A stretch of DNA of 64,000 nt from Nitrospirota bacterium. GTDB taxonomy: Bacteria; Nitrospirota; UBA9217. Shown here in pieces: positions 21,063 to 33,657 of this stretch. A program made the translations under genes and the position numbers. The DNA is taken from contig CAWFSF010000006.1 of NCBI GenBank assembly GCA_963818475.1, positions 1,120,001 through 1,184,000 of the forward strand, read 5' to 3'. The notes beneath the pieces were generated by a model, which was not told the origin of the DNA, did not search any database, and worked only from the letters and a program-made list of their open reading frames with translations. The stretch's first letter is position 1, and each line of letters begins with the position of its first letter.

Positions 21063-22272
21063 CTACTCATATCTGAGCGCCTGTATCGGGTCCTGGAGCG
21101 CTGCCTTGCGCGCAGGATAGACGCCGAAGAAAATCCCCACCGCTGCTGAAAAGAAGAATGCCATCAGAATCGACCAGAGTGAGACGCTTGTCGGCAGCAC
21201 CTCGACGAACACGGGGATGACGAGCGCCAGGCTGACGCCGAGGATGATGCCGATGACGCCGCCGGCGCCGGAGAGCGTTATGGCCTCGATCATGAATTGA
21301 GCCAGGATGTCCTTGTTCCGAGCGCCGAGCGCCTTTCGGATGCCGATCTCCCGCGTGCGTTCGCGCACCGACACGAGCATGATGTTCATGATCCCGATGC
21401 CGCCGACCAGCAGCGAGATGCCGGCGATGCCGCCGAGCACCGCGGTCAGCACGCCGAGGATCGTGTTCATCGTTTCAAGCATCGCCCCCTGCGTTTGAAT
21501 AGTGAAATCCTCTTTATGGGCATGCCGCTTTATCAGAACGTCCTTGATCTGGGCAATGGCGCGGTCGACATCGTCCGCGCGCGGCGTAGATGCGATGATC
21601 TCAAAAAGCGAGTCGGTGTCAAAAAGCTCCTGGCCGCTCGTCACGGGAATATACACGATGTCGTCGATATCCATGCCCATGCTGGTCCCCTTCTTCCGCA
21701 TCACGCCGACCACACGATAGCGCGCGTCGGAGAGTATCACCACCTTGCCGAGCGCGTTCTCCGTGCCGAAAAGCTCCTCTTTTACCTTCGTGCCAAGGAC
21801 GATCACCTTGGCTCTTGGAATCGACATCGCCCTGTGAAATATAGCTTCCCGTGTCCACAAAAAGATTGCGCACCCGCTGAAATTCCGGCGTTGTACCGAT
21901 TATCATGATATCCCGGCCCATGTTCTGGTATTTGAGCTTTCCGGTTCCGAACACGAGCGGGACCGCATCGGTCAGAAGCCAGGCGCGCCGTCTGAGCGCC
22001 TGGGAATCATCATAGGTGAGCTTCCGTACCGTGCCTGCCGAAGGAGGGTGAAACCCGCCGCGCGTCGAGGTCTTTCCCGGAGTGATGATGAGAAGGTTCG
22101 TGCCCATTCCGGTCAGTTCCTTGGTGATGTACACCTGCGCTCCTTCGCCGATGGACACGAGCAGGATCACGGCCATGACACCGATGATCACGCCGAGCAT
22201 GGTCAGTCCCGAGCGGACCTTGTTGGATACGATCGCTTCGAAGGCTACTCTGAATGTTTCGAAAAAGTTCAT
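21063..22272 (-). CDS. MacB/FtsX-like ABC permease (frameshift near 21815)
   Basis: RSGLTMLGVIIGV, GGIGIMNIMLVSVRERTREIGIRKALGA, ALRYE. Confidence 0.92.
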
Positions 22273-22946
22273 GCGCGCACCTGGTCGTCAATGATCTGCC
22301 CGTCCTTCACGGAAATGATGCGTTTGCACCGTGCCGCAACGGTCTGGTCATGGGTGACGATAATGACCGTGACGCCCTGCTGGTTAAGCCCGATCAGGAT
22401 CTTCAATATCTCTTCACCGGAACGGCTGTCGAGATTTCCCGTGGGCTCGTCGGCAAGAAGGAGCGGCGGATGATTGACGAGCGCACGGGCAATGGCCACA
22501 CGCTGCTGCTGGCCGCCGGAAAGTTCCGTGGGTTTATGATACATGCGCTCGGCAAGGCCGACCTGCTGGAGCAGCGGCATGGCGCGTTCTTTCCGCAGCC
22601 GCGCAGGGACCCCGCTGTAGATAAGCGGCACTTCCACGTTCTTGAGCGCGGAAAATCTCGGCAGGAGGTTGAAGGTCTGGAACACGAAGCCGATCTTGAC
22701 GTTCCTGATCGACGCGAGCTCGTCATCCGTCATGGAGCTGATCTCCCGGCCTTCGAACCGGTACGATCCGCTCGTCGGACGGTCCAGACATCCCAGCATG
22801 TTCATGATCGTCGATTTCCCCGAGCCCGACGGTCCCATGATGGCGATCAGTTCCCCGGGCTGGACCTTCAGGGAGACATCGGAAAGAACGGTGATGTCCA
22901 CCCCGCCCATGCGGTAGATCTTGGTTATGTGAGAGAGTTCTATCAT
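22269..22946 (-). CDS. ABC transporter ATP-binding protein (MacB/LolD type)
   Basis: GPSGSGKS, LSGGQQQR, ADEPTGNLD. Confidence 0.95.
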   Translation of the reverse strand: MIELSHITKIYRMGGVDITVLSDVSLKVQPGELIAIMGPSGSGKSTIMNMLGCLDRPTSGSYRFEGREISSMTDDELASIRNVKIGFVFQTFNLLPRFSALKNVEVPLIYSGVPARLRKERAMPLLQQVGLAERMYHKPTELSGGQQQRVAIARALVNHPPLLLADEPTGNLDSRSGEEILKILIGLNQQGVTVIIVTHDQTVAARCKRIISVKDGQIIDDQVRA

Positions 22947-23004
22947 GTTATTACCGTACTCCCAATCCGAATCCTGAACCCAATCCCAACTCCGTTCCTA
23001 ACGG

Positions 23005-24099
23005 TTACTCAAGGATCACTTTCGCCTTATCCTTCAACCCCGTGGCTTCGGGAGTCGTGATAACGAACTCTCCTGCTGAAAGTCCCTTGGTAACCTCTGT
23101 GTAGCTCCAGTTGGTGATCCCGATCTCGACGGGTTTCAGCTTTGCTGCGGCCTTTGCACCAGGTTTGAGATCGCTGCCGATCGCAACATAGACCTGTTTT
23201 TTTCCTTCCCGTTCAATGACCGCCTGTGACGGTACGGAAAGCACGTTCTGCAATGTCGTGATCAATATCTCGATATCTGCGGACATGCCGGGCTTTATCC
23301 GCGCATCCTTCTTGTTGAAATAGACCCAGACATCGGCGGTGCGGGTCTCCAGTTTTCCGCCGCTCACGATCGGGGAGATACGGCGGATCGATCCTTCGAA
23401 TTTTTCCCCCGGGAACGCATCGACGGTGATCGCAACCGGCTGTCCGATCTTGAGCCTTCCCACGTCAACTTCATCGATCGTTGCCAGCACATAGATCTTG
23501 TCGGGATTCACGATCGTGGCGATCTCCTTGCCGGGCATGAGGATCTCCCCTACCTCGGCGGTCTTTTTTGCAATAACGCCTTCAAATGGGGCGCGTATGA
23601 CCGAATAATCCCTTTTAACCACGGCATCTGCGGCTGCGGCCTGATACTGCGATTTGGCGACTTCATAGGCCCTGCGGGACGCATCGAGGTCCTGCTGCGC
23701 GACCATCCCTTTATGGAAAAGGTCTTCGACCCTGTTCAGGTTCTTACCGGCTTCTTCGTAGGTCGCTTTGCTCTGCATCAACGCGTTCTCGGTCTGGACC
23801 GACTCTTCGGCAAGGTCCAGCTGCGCAATGAGCGCTCCTGCCCTGACCAGGTCCCCTTCTTGAACGGGAAGCTTTACCACTCTGCCGGTTCGCTGCGCTG
23901 AGAGCGTTACTTCGGTTTCCGACTTTACCGTGGAGGTCGTGGTTGCGTTCACGATGACGCGCAGCTCCCCGGGTTTCAGTTCGATCGCCTTTACTGAGAC
24001 AGGCTTTTTTCCGCTGAGGGCGATTATGAATAGTACGACCACTACGACCGCCGCGGTCCAGAACAGCTTGCTTTTAACCATGCGCATTAATTTCGACAT
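23005..24099 (-). CDS. MacA-like periplasmic adaptor (MFP)
   Basis: N-terminal TM, lipoyl-like halves, IRAPFEG, KPGMSA. Confidence 0.92.
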   Translation of the reverse strand: MSKLMRMVKSKLFWTAAVVVVVLFIIALSGKKPVSVKAIELKPGELRVIVNATTTSTVKSETEVTLSAQRTGRVVKLPVQEGDLVRAGALIAQLDLAEESVQTENALMQSKATYEEAGKNLNRVEDLFHKGMVAQQDLDASRRAYEVAKSQYQAAAADAVVKRDYSVIRAPFEGVIAKKTAEVGEILMPGKEIATIVNPDKIYVLATIDEVDVGRLKIGQPVAITVDAFPGEKFEGSIRRISPIVSGGKLETRTADVWVYFNKKDARIKPGMSADIEILITTLQNVLSVPSQAVIEREGKKQVYVAIGSDLKPGAKAAAKLKPVEIGITNWSYTEVTKGLSAGEFVITTPEATGLKDKAKVILE

Positions 24100-24110
24100 T
24101 TCACCGGCCC

Positions 24111-24560
24111 TTATGATTCATTCTCTGCGTTGTACTCAAGGCGTTCTTTGATGGCCTTCATGAAGCCACGGGTCACTTCTCCCAGCTTATCGGCAACGAC
24201 CATGTCCTGAAGAAAACTGAAATGGCTGTTCACGTGCCCTTCCAGGTGGTAGGTGATCTCTGTCTCATCGTCCGATATTTTTCTGAAGGTCGTGATCCCC
24301 GAGGTGATGAGATGTTCGTGCGTCGCGGTCCATGCTATTTTTTCATGCTCGATCAGTTCGGTCGTATGAGCATGCATCTCGACCATCCGGGTGAAGGGGC
24401 CGAGCGACATCCTGATGTTCCAGATGGAATCGAGGTCGTTCAGGATCTCGACTCCCTTGCACCCGGGAAAGAGGCAGCCCACCTCCTTGCGGTCGATCAT
24501 AAAGGACCATACACTTCTGATCGGCAGCTTTACGGTAAAAGTGACCTCTCTCGTCGGCAT
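24111..24560 (-). CDS. SRPBCC/CoxG-like protein
   Basis: VWSFM.D...VG.LFPGC motif, 149 aa. Confidence 0.75.
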   Translation of the reverse strand: MPTREVTFTVKLPIRSVWSFMIDRKEVGCLFPGCKGVEILNDLDSIWNIRMSLGPFTRMVEMHAHTTELIEHEKIAWTATHEHLITSGITTFRKISDDETEITYHLEGHVNSHFSFLQDMVVADKLGEVTRGFMKAIKERLEYNAENES

Positions 24561-24597
24561 CGTTCTCAGGCCTCCTCTGTTGGCTGGTCCCTACAAT

Positions 24598-25933
24598 CTA
24601 TCCCTTAGTGAGTTGCCACGTGCCCATGGCCTTAAAGAGCCGTGCAGCAGCGAGCTGGTAATCATAGAGCGCCTGGACGTGGTCGGTCTCGGCATTGACC
24701 GAGGCGACCTGTGCATCGGTAACTTCAATGTACGGCCCGACTCCTGCTTCATATCTGCCCTGGGCAAGTTCAAGGCTCTCTTGCGCCTTTTTGACGGACA
24801 ACTCCATCACTGCGATGCGGGCCGTCGCGCTTTCGATATCCGCGTACGCCTGGTTCAACTCTATGAGGATCGATTGCCGAAATGAGCGTCCCTGCGCCTC
24901 AAGAGCATGCAGATTTGCCCTGGCTTCGCTGACCCTCCCTCTCGTAAGACCACCTTCGAATAGCGGTACGGACAGCGATATGCCCGCGTTCCAGCTGTTC
25001 TGGATATTGCCTTCGAGCTCAACGCCGTTGAAGGAGCCCATATCCTGGGTGCCGCGGGGCGTCCAGTTGTAGGCGCCATTTGCCGAAAGGGTAGGAAAAT
25101 AATTCGACTCTTCGGCTTTAACTCTGGCTTGTGCAGCCTGGATATCCGCTTCAGCTTTGAGCATTTCCGGACGGTTCTTGACCGATTCAGCCAACGCCTG
25201 TTCCATGGGCGGAATTACAATTGGCGACGAGAGGATATCTTCGATCTCGATATCACGCTCCGGGTCGATGCCCATGGCATTATACAGCCCGATGGTCCGG
25301 AGTCGCACATTGTTCGAGGCATTTATCAGGCCGAGTTTTGCGTTGTTCACTTCCACTTCGGCTCGCGTCACATCAAAGCGCGGCTTTGAGCCTGACTGGA
25401 AAAAGGCCTCTGCCTGACGGAGATGGCTCTCGGCCTGTTCGATCGTTTTCTGCGTCACCAGCACAAGGTGCTTTGCCGCAAGTAGTGCAAAATATGCCTG
25501 TTTGACGTTCAGGACCGTTTCCTGGATAACTCGCTGCTCATCAAATTCCAAAGACGCGTGTTCCCAAGCGCGCAGCATCAAGGGCATTGCCGGTCTTGCC
25601 GAAGTCATAAAGTGTCTGATTAACTGAAACGGACGTCGTGTAGCTCTTGGTGACACTGTCCCCAAAAGCTCCGCCCAGGGAATGGTTCTCCGAATAACCG
25701 GTGCTTGCCTTGACCTGCGGCAGATAGGGTGAAGCAGCCTGGGTAACGCGGCCCTGGCCGGCGTTCACATTCTCCCGGGCGGACCTGATCGCCGGCTGGT
25801 TCTTGAGCGCGGTTTCGATGCAGCCGCTCAGGGTCGTCACATTCGTCTCCGCCTTCAGACCCGCTGTGAAGATACAGAGTTGAAACAGGACCATGCCTGT
25901 CAGAAATAGTTTCATCTGTGTCATCATGTTCAT
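24598..25933 (-). CDS. TolC family outer-membrane protein (frameshift near 25555)
   Basis: Two OEP repeats, LYDFGK, PLFEGG, RYEAGVG. Confidence 0.88.
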
Positions 25934-25965
25934 CCTTGTTTCCGGCGTTGCCGGACGTTTTCCGA

Positions 25966-26439
25966 TCATTTCAACGCCCGTTTGACCGTACTTGGCGACT
26001 GATCGCTCCTGCCCCTGGAGATGATATCGGATAATTTCCCCAGGACAGCCGTCAGATTGTTTCGGTCGTCGCTGCTCAAGCGCAAAAAGATCCGCTTCAA
26101 TTCGCCCTTCGCCTGTTTTTCAGCGTCGCCAAGCTGTTCTTTGCCATAGGAACTCGCTTGCAGCCGAATGATCCTGCGATCATGCTTGTCGGCTGTCCGC
26201 ACCAGCACGCCGGACTTGACCAGGCCGTTCACCAGCGATGTTGCGGAAGCCGGGGTAATGGAGAGGAACCTGGCAATATCCTTCATGTTGACCGGCCCGT
26301 TCTCCCGGACGAACTGGGTCGTTAGAAATTGAATGAAGGAGAACGAAGTCGTGACGTTTTTCTGCATGTGCTGATGCAGCGACCGGTTGGTCATAAAGAA
26401 GAGGTTGATCAGATGGCTGATGCTGTTGGAGGGCGGCAT
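25966..26439 (-). CDS. MarR family regulator
   Basis: MKDIARFLSITPASATSLVNGL...DRR; upstream TTGACA-N17-TATATT. Confidence 0.9.
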   Translation of the reverse strand: MPPSNSISHLINLFFMTNRSLHQHMQKNVTTSFSFIQFLTTQFVRENGPVNMKDIARFLSITPASATSLVNGLVKSGVLVRTADKHDRRIIRLQASSYGKEQLGDAEKQAKGELKRIFLRLSSDDRNNLTAVLGKLSDIISRGRSDQSPSTVKRALK

Positions 26440-26602
26440 AAACTTAGACTCCCTAACTATTAGACATACTGAATATAGCACCTGTTCCGGCGTTTGTCAA
26501 ACCGGTATGCGGACGGGATGGTGAGCAGCGGGAAAATTTGTCTGAGCGAAGATATCAGCGTGAAGAGATTGCAATTTCACTATAGGTAGTGTATATAAGG
26601 GC

Positions 26603-27547
26603 ATGCGCTTCCTGCTCAAGCCTGCGGACCAACTCTCCCTGCTCTTCATCATACTGCTGTCCGGGTGCACGATGTTTGCCGACCTCCCGCTGGCCTCAAG
26701 GCTTCGGCTGCTTACCACCTACGGCCTCCTTGCCATCGCGGCGATCTCGCTGGCGCTCTTCCGCAACCGGCTGCGAACGGAACAACAGCGTTTTTACCTC
26801 CATGTACTGCTTACGACAGTGACCATACTCGTCATCTTCAACAGTATGGGAGACCTTATTCGTGGTCTTCGGTCTCAAACCTACGATGAAATGCTCATCC
26901 GGATCGACCATCTCCTCTTCGGCGTCCATCCGACGGTCTGGCTGGAGCAGTTCATTACGCCGGCCCGCACCGCCCTGTTCCAGTTCGCTTACAGCAGTTA
27001 CTATTTTATTCCCTTCGCGCTGGGAATTGTGCTTATCGTCAAGGGCAGGTACGCGGTATTTGAAGAGGCACTCTTCGGCATCGTGCTCTGCTTCTATCTT
27101 TCCTACGTCGGGTACCTGCTCGTTCCGGCCATTGGCCCCCGTTTTACGCTCGACCACCTGCAGACCGCCGGCCTTCAGGCGGGCCCCTTCATCAACGTGA
27201 TCCAGGAAACATTGAACGGCCTTGAACAGAACAAGACCGACGCGTTTCCGAGCGGACACACCGCCGTGACGCTGCTGACCCTCTTTTATGCCGGGAAATT
27301 AAAAGAAAGAGCACTTTTCAGGGTGCTCCTGCCGCTGGTCTCGACCCTGATCGTTGCGACCGTTTATCTCAGGTACCATTACGTGATCGATGTGATCGCC
27401 GGTGTCCTGCTGACGGGGTTGATCATCGTACTGGCGCCGATGGCATACAAAGCGTTCTCAGTCGTCAGGACGACCATCTCACGAGGAGCGTCATGGCGGC
27501 GCCCGAAAGGATGGGAATTGAAAGGTTGTCATTGGCAACCGGAATGA
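26603..27547 (+). CDS. PAP2 superfamily membrane enzyme, Aur1/Ipt1-like
   Basis: YLLVPAIGPR, DAFPSGH, YLRYHYVIDV; multiple TM helices. Confidence 0.8.
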   Translation: MRFLLKPADQLSLLFIILLSGCTMFADLPLASRLRLLTTYGLLAIAAISLALFRNRLRTEQQRFYLHVLLTTVTILVIFNSMGDLIRGLRSQTYDEMLIRIDHLLFGVHPTVWLEQFITPARTALFQFAYSSYYFIPFALGIVLIVKGRYAVFEEALFGIVLCFYLSYVGYLLVPAIGPRFTLDHLQTAGLQAGPFINVIQETLNGLEQNKTDAFPSGHTAVTLLTLFYAGKLKERALFRVLLPLVSTLIVATVYLRYHYVIDVIAGVLLTGLIIVLAPMAYKAFSVVRTTISRGASWRRPKGWELKGCHWQPE

Positions 27548-28049
27548 GCTCGACCGCGGCCGCTATCACGGCGCCGGCGGCTACGATCCCGGGAGAGAGC
27601 CGCATACCCGCCAGGGGCAGAAGGACCAGCCCCACGAACAGCCCAGCGATGATGAATGCCGCAGTACCCTCGAGGCTTTTGCCCCCGATCTTTGTTTTGC
27701 CGTACCGCTCTCCGATCGTCGTTGCCGCAACATCGCCAAAGGCAAGAAAGCAGATAGCCGCCGCGGCAACTTCTGCGGGAAAAGCGTAGAGGGAGAATCC
27801 GATGCCGAGGATATAGGGGGCGGTGCCGGTCAGCTTCTGTTTTTCATTGTTCCTGATAAAGCTGCCGAATCTGGAGTAGACGAACCGGTTCAGGCCCGGC
27901 AGCTTCAGCCGTGCAATATCGAGGGCCAGGACGACGATAAACAGTACGGCGTAGATGCAAAGCGCCCGGCTTCTGCCGAGGATAAAATAGAGAGACAAAA
28001 GCCCGACTCCGCCGACGAGGTGATAGAATTTTCTGCCGATATGTTTCAT
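27465..28049 (-). CDS. CTP-dependent lipid kinase (dolichol/phytol/DGK1 family)
   Basis: RKFYHL, GD.AA..IGE.YG, KSLEG, DNLSIP. Confidence 0.82.
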   Translation of the reverse strand: MKHIGRKFYHLVGGVGLLSLYFILGRSRALCIYAVLFIVVLALDIARLKLPGLNRFVYSRFGSFIRNNEKQKLTGTAPYILGIGFSLYAFPAEVAAAAICFLAFGDVAATTIGERYGKTKIGGKSLEGTAAFIIAGLFVGLVLLPLAGMRLSPGIVAAGAVIAAAVELIPVANDNLSIPILSGAAMTLLVRWSS

Positions 28050-28158
28050 AGGGAATGCGATCCTCCGATCGGACCCAGCATACAAGGTATTGGGAGGATA
28101 TTCAACTCTGTTTTGCCGGGGAATGGTCGTGGACTGTCCGGCTTGGCGATCTGCGGTG

Positions 28159-29271
28159 CTAGATCTTCTTTTCAAATATCCGGTATTTTTTGTACACGGT
28201 GCCGCCCATGAGTTCGCAGCCCCGCTGCATGGCAATGTTGTCCTCAAGGATCCACGACATCTCCGCGCGTTCGTACCCCCTGCGCAAGGCGGCCTTGAAT
28301 GATTTGAGGTAGAGCAGCCCCTCGATGCCCTTTTTCCGGTACTCTTTCTTGATGCCGAGGGTCATGACCCTGATATCCGTGATCTTTCTCGAATACCACA
28401 AGAATTTGACAAGTTCCACCGGCCCCAACCTGCCGTCGATCCTTTTCAGCACCTGGTTGTAGTCGGGGATCGCCATGTAAAAACCGACCGGAACGCCGTT
28501 CAACTCCGCAAAGAGCAGAAGGTCCGGCACGATCAGCGGTTTGAGCCTGTCTGGCCATGGACTCTATCTCCTCGTCGGTCATGGGCACGAAACCCCAGTT
28601 GTGGCTCCAGGCGGAATTATAGATGTCCTTTACTACAGCCAGCTCCTGTGCGAATTTCTTCATGTTGGCCGGACGCACCGTGAGGCCGGGCATCCGGGCC
28701 TGCACGATCGACGCGAGCTTCTCGAGCCTTTCGCCTGCGGTCACGTCCTTGATCACCGAGATATAGGCAAGGAGGTCCTTGGACTTGGTCAGGCCGCAGC
28801 GTTCCATGTAGTCGAGATAGTACGGCGGAGTGTAGGTCATCATGATCATGGGAGGTGCATCAAAACCTTCGAGGAGAAAACCGCATTCGTCGTTCGTCGA
28901 CGGGTTCATGGGGCCGCGCATGATCTGGATATTGCGCTCCTTGAGCCAGCCGGCGGCAGCGGCAAGGAGCGCTTCCGCTGCCGAGGGATCGGGAAGGCAT
29001 TCAAAAAAGCCGAAAAAACCGGCCTGTTCCTGATGAAGTGTCGATGTGGTTGCGGTCGATGATCGCGGCGATCCGTCCGACATCATCACCATTCCTGCGT
29101 GCGAGAAAACAGGCCGCTTCGGCATGGCGGAAAAAAGGGTTTTTCTTCTCCCAGGAGGAACCGTATCTCGCTCTTCAGCGGAGGGACCCAATTCGGGTTT
29201 CCCTGATAGACCTTCCAGGGAAAGCGGATGAAGACGGTCCAGGCCTTTCTTATCAGCGACCAGCTCGATGT

Positions 29272-29275
<4 letters not shown>
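28159..29275 (-). CDS. GNAT-like protein, putative bacterial ceramide synthase (several frameshifts)
   Basis: GFFGFFEC, GPMNPSTNDECG, MM.Y.PPYY, NWGFVPMT, PDYNQ, EMSWILEDN. Confidence 0.72.
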
Positions 29276-30477
<1,202 letters not shown>

Positions 30478-30525
30478 GCTCATACCCTCCCCTGTCATCG
30501 TTGTCATCGTTGCTGTGAGTCACCG

Positions 30526-31528
30526 TTATTTCAGCCAGCCGTTTTCCCGATACCATTGCCAGGTGATCGCCAGGCCCCGGGCCAGGGGAAATTGCGGCTG
30601 GAAACCCAGGTCATCTCGAATCGCCCTCTGGTCGCATAACCAGTATTTCTGCGCTGCTTCGTTGATCTTTTCCCTGCTCAGGACAGCGGCCTTTGCTGAG
30701 AACAGGCCAATCAATTCTGAAACGAGGCCGATCACATACGCCAGGCTGATGGGAACCGTGATCGTTCGGGCACGCACACCGCCGCTCGAAAGCAGCTCCT
30801 GCCGGAACGCAGACAGGGTGTAGGTACGCTCCTCGGCAACACAATAGATGCTCCCGCTCCTGGTCTTTTTCTCGGCGGCAAGAAGCAGTGCCTGAGCAAG
30901 GTCTTCGACGTAACAGGGATTAATGTACCGCTCGCCTCCGGCCAGATTCAGGAGGAACCCCCGTGACGCCATGGTAAAAAACTCAAACACATCGGTATCC
31001 CGCGGCCCGTACACGGCGGATGGACGCAGAATAACCACCGGAAAGGTGTCGCGGTACGAGAGCGCCTCGGATTCGGCAAGCAGCTTGCTCCGGCCGTATT
31101 CGGAAACAGGCCGGGGAGGATCCGTGGTCTTTGCCGGCTGAGCGTCAGGACTGGGCCCTCCTGCCGCAAGACTGGACACCAGAATGAACTTTTCGATGTC
31201 CGTATCATACCGGGCGCAGGCCTGAAGAACATTTCTGGTGCCGATGTGGTTCACGGTAAAGAAATCGCGCGTTCTTCGCGCTTTCGTAAGTCCCGCGGCG
31301 TGGAAGACACGTTCCCTGTCCGCGCACGGCCGATGCCAGGGAAACGGGATCTGCACAGTCTCCCTCCACCAGCCGGACATCGAGCCCGGACAGCCAGCGG
31401 AGCTTTGACCGGTCTCTCACAAGGCAGGTCACCGCATATCCGTTTTTTATTAATAATTGCACCAGGTGACTGCCGACAAAACCGGACCCACCAGTCACGA
31501 GCGCGCTCCTGGAGATCGACGGCGTCAT
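30526..31528 (-). CDS. NAD-dependent epimerase/reductase (extended SDR; frameshift near 31320)
   Basis: TGGSGFVG, HAAG, SSLAA, YGRSK, RPSAVYGP. Confidence 0.85.
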
Positions 31529-31606
31529 GGAATACAGGGAATGGGGAACTGTTTCATATGGCTGAGTTTAGCGAAGGGGGGCGGTGATGTCAAGATGAAT
31601 GATGCG

Positions 31607-32641
31607 TTACGGTTTATGGGGGGGGGGAGCAGGAATTCTGCATTCGGCGTTCATATTCATATCGCATCGTTCGCATTCAAGCTGGATGGTGCTGTGCAGT
31701 ATCTTGAACTTTTTCGACAGAAGCGCCCTGATCTCATCAAGCAGGTCCCTGCTCCGGCTGACCAGTTGATCATCGATGATCACGTGGGCGCTCATGGCAT
31801 GGACCCCGGACGTGATGGTCCAGACATGAATATGGTATGCTTCACGGACGCCGGCAAGTTTGCCGATCTCGGCAGCCACGACATCGATATCGACATGCGA
31901 GGGCACTGATTCCAGCAGGATGCTGACCGACTCCTTGACCAGCGCCCATGCGCCATACATGATCACGAAGGATATCAGAATGCTGAGGATCGGATCGATA
32001 AGGTACCAGCCGGTCAGGAGAATGACGACGCCGCCGGCGACCACGCCGACCGAGGACAATGCATCGCCGATAATATGCAGATAGGCGCCGCGAATGTTCA
32101 GGTTCGCGTGGCTGTGCTTGGTCAGGACCATCGCACCGATGATGTTGGCGACCAGGCCGATGATCGCCACGACGAGCATGAGCGTCCCCTGCACGGGCTG
32201 CGGATCCAGGATGCGCAGGTATGCCTCGTAGATGATGTATATCGAGATAAGGACGAGGATGACGCCGTTGATCAAGGCAGCCAGGATCTCGAGCCGGTAG
32301 AACCCGAAGGTCCTCCGGTCGGTGGCGGGCATGGTGGCGAACTTCATGGCGAAGAAGGACAGCAGCAGCGCAGCGTTGTCGGTCAGCATATGTCCGGCAT
32401 CGGACAGCAGCGCCAGACTGTTCGAAAGCAGTCCGCCCACCAGCTCGGCAACCATCATCAGGACGGTGATCGACAGGGCGATCAGCAGCCCCCGTCTTCC
32501 CCCGGCAGCTGCCAGGTTCAGGCCATGGGCGTGATCATGGCCGCCCTCTTCGTGGTGCTCATGATGCTCGTGGTCATGGGTTTCATCATGGTCGTGATCA
32601 TGATGTTCCTGTTGCCCGCTCTGTCGCAGGGGAATGGTCAT
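31607..32641 (-). CDS. czcD: CDF family Zn/Co/Cd exporter with His-rich N-terminus
   Basis: HHDHDHD tract, SLALLSDAGHMLTD, HIIGD, HIHVW. Confidence 0.9.
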   Translation of the reverse strand: MTIPLRQSGQQEHHDHDHDETHDHEHHEHHEEGGHDHAHGLNLAAAGGRRGLLIALSITVLMMVAELVGGLLSNSLALLSDAGHMLTDNAALLLSFFAMKFATMPATDRRTFGFYRLEILAALINGVILVLISIYIIYEAYLRILDPQPVQGTLMLVVAIIGLVANIIGAMVLTKHSHANLNIRGAYLHIIGDALSSVGVVAGGVVILLTGWYLIDPILSILISFVIMYGAWALVKESVSILLESVPSHVDIDVVAAEIGKLAGVREAYHIHVWTITSGVHAMSAHVIIDDQLVSRSRDLLDEIRALLSKKFKILHSTIQLECERCDMNMNAECRIPAPPPHKP

Positions 32642-32659
32642 GGTAACAAGCTCCACTCT

Positions 32660-33479
32660 TTACGCTTTTTTCCAGAACCTGAGCTCCGTAACAGGTTCCA
32701 CGGCCCCGAGCTCTGCTGCATATCCGTAAAAGGTCATCAGCCCTTTTTGCTCATGCGGCCCGAAATCGAAGCTGAAGCATTTCCAGTATTCCAGCAGTTT
32801 CTGCGCCGGTATGCCGAACCTGCCGGCATGTATTCTCCGCCAGTTCCGGGAGGTGCGAGAGACCGTAGGCCTTCGATTTCCTGAGAATATGATAGAGCGA
32901 TGCCAGGTCTTTATCAAGACTTTTTTTATAATTGATCTGCCAGAGGGCGAAGACAAAAGGAAGGCCGGTGAACTCGTGCCAGACCCCGCCCAGGTCGTAT
33001 TCGTGGTCAAATCCTTCGACACGCGGGCGCTTGAGCGCATCATCGCCGATCAGGAGCACGGCATCGGCCCGGTCATAGGGATGGTCCTTCCCCTGTTCAA
33101 AGAGCGTATAGTCAGGGCTGACGCGGTTTTTGAGCTCAAGCAGTATCCTGAGCAGCACCACCGAGGTCGCTGATGCGGTGGTCAGTGCAACCGTTTTTCC
33201 ATTCAATTGGTCCATGGGCAGGCGGCTCTGGAGAATAATGCTCATGACGTTGTTCCGGGACGTAATGGAAAAACCGGGCATGATCAGGTATCGGCCGGGA
33301 TTCGCGGCGAATTCGATGGATGAAGACGGAGACACATCGATGTTGCCTTCACTGAGGAGGCGGTTCAATGCGGTCGGAATGCCTTCCACCAGAGTAAAGG
33401 GAAAGGCGACCGCACCGGAGATGATCCCGGCGTGGACAGGCACGGTGTTCGAGTAGATGATATGGCCAAGTTTAAGCAT
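32660..33479 (-). CDS. mqnA: Chorismate dehydratase, futalosine menaquinone pathway (frameshift near 32815)
   Basis: I.YSN..P, PT.LN, SATSV.LL, LLIGDDAL, DLG..W...TGLPFVFALW. Confidence 0.88.
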
Positions 33480-33537
33480 AGCGATGTGATCTTCCTGATG
33501 TGTAATCCTAATGCATATCATAATAAAGTCAAGTATG

Positions 33538-33614
33538 ACCACTGAGGCGCGGAGACGCGGAGAAAATCGATTTGAAATATAGCTCTTTTCAGTGCCCTCA
33601 GCGTCTCTGCGGTG
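33538..33614. repeat. 9-nt-period palindromic element (GCGGAGAC/GCAGAGAC type)
   Basis: GAGGCGCGGAGACGCGGAG ... CTCAGCGTCTCTGCGG. Confidence 0.75.
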
Positions 33615-33657
33615 AAAATAGGTTCTTACGACTTCACCAATCCTGCAACCTCACGAA

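Noticed and set aside
22950-23004. 6-nt-period pyrimidine-rich tract between the MFP and ATPase genes
   Set aside because: Single short arm, too degenerate to assign; possibly a remnant of the repeat families.
32530-32605. CAT/GAT-rich repeat tract
   Set aside because: Explained by the His-rich N-terminus of the CDF transporter.
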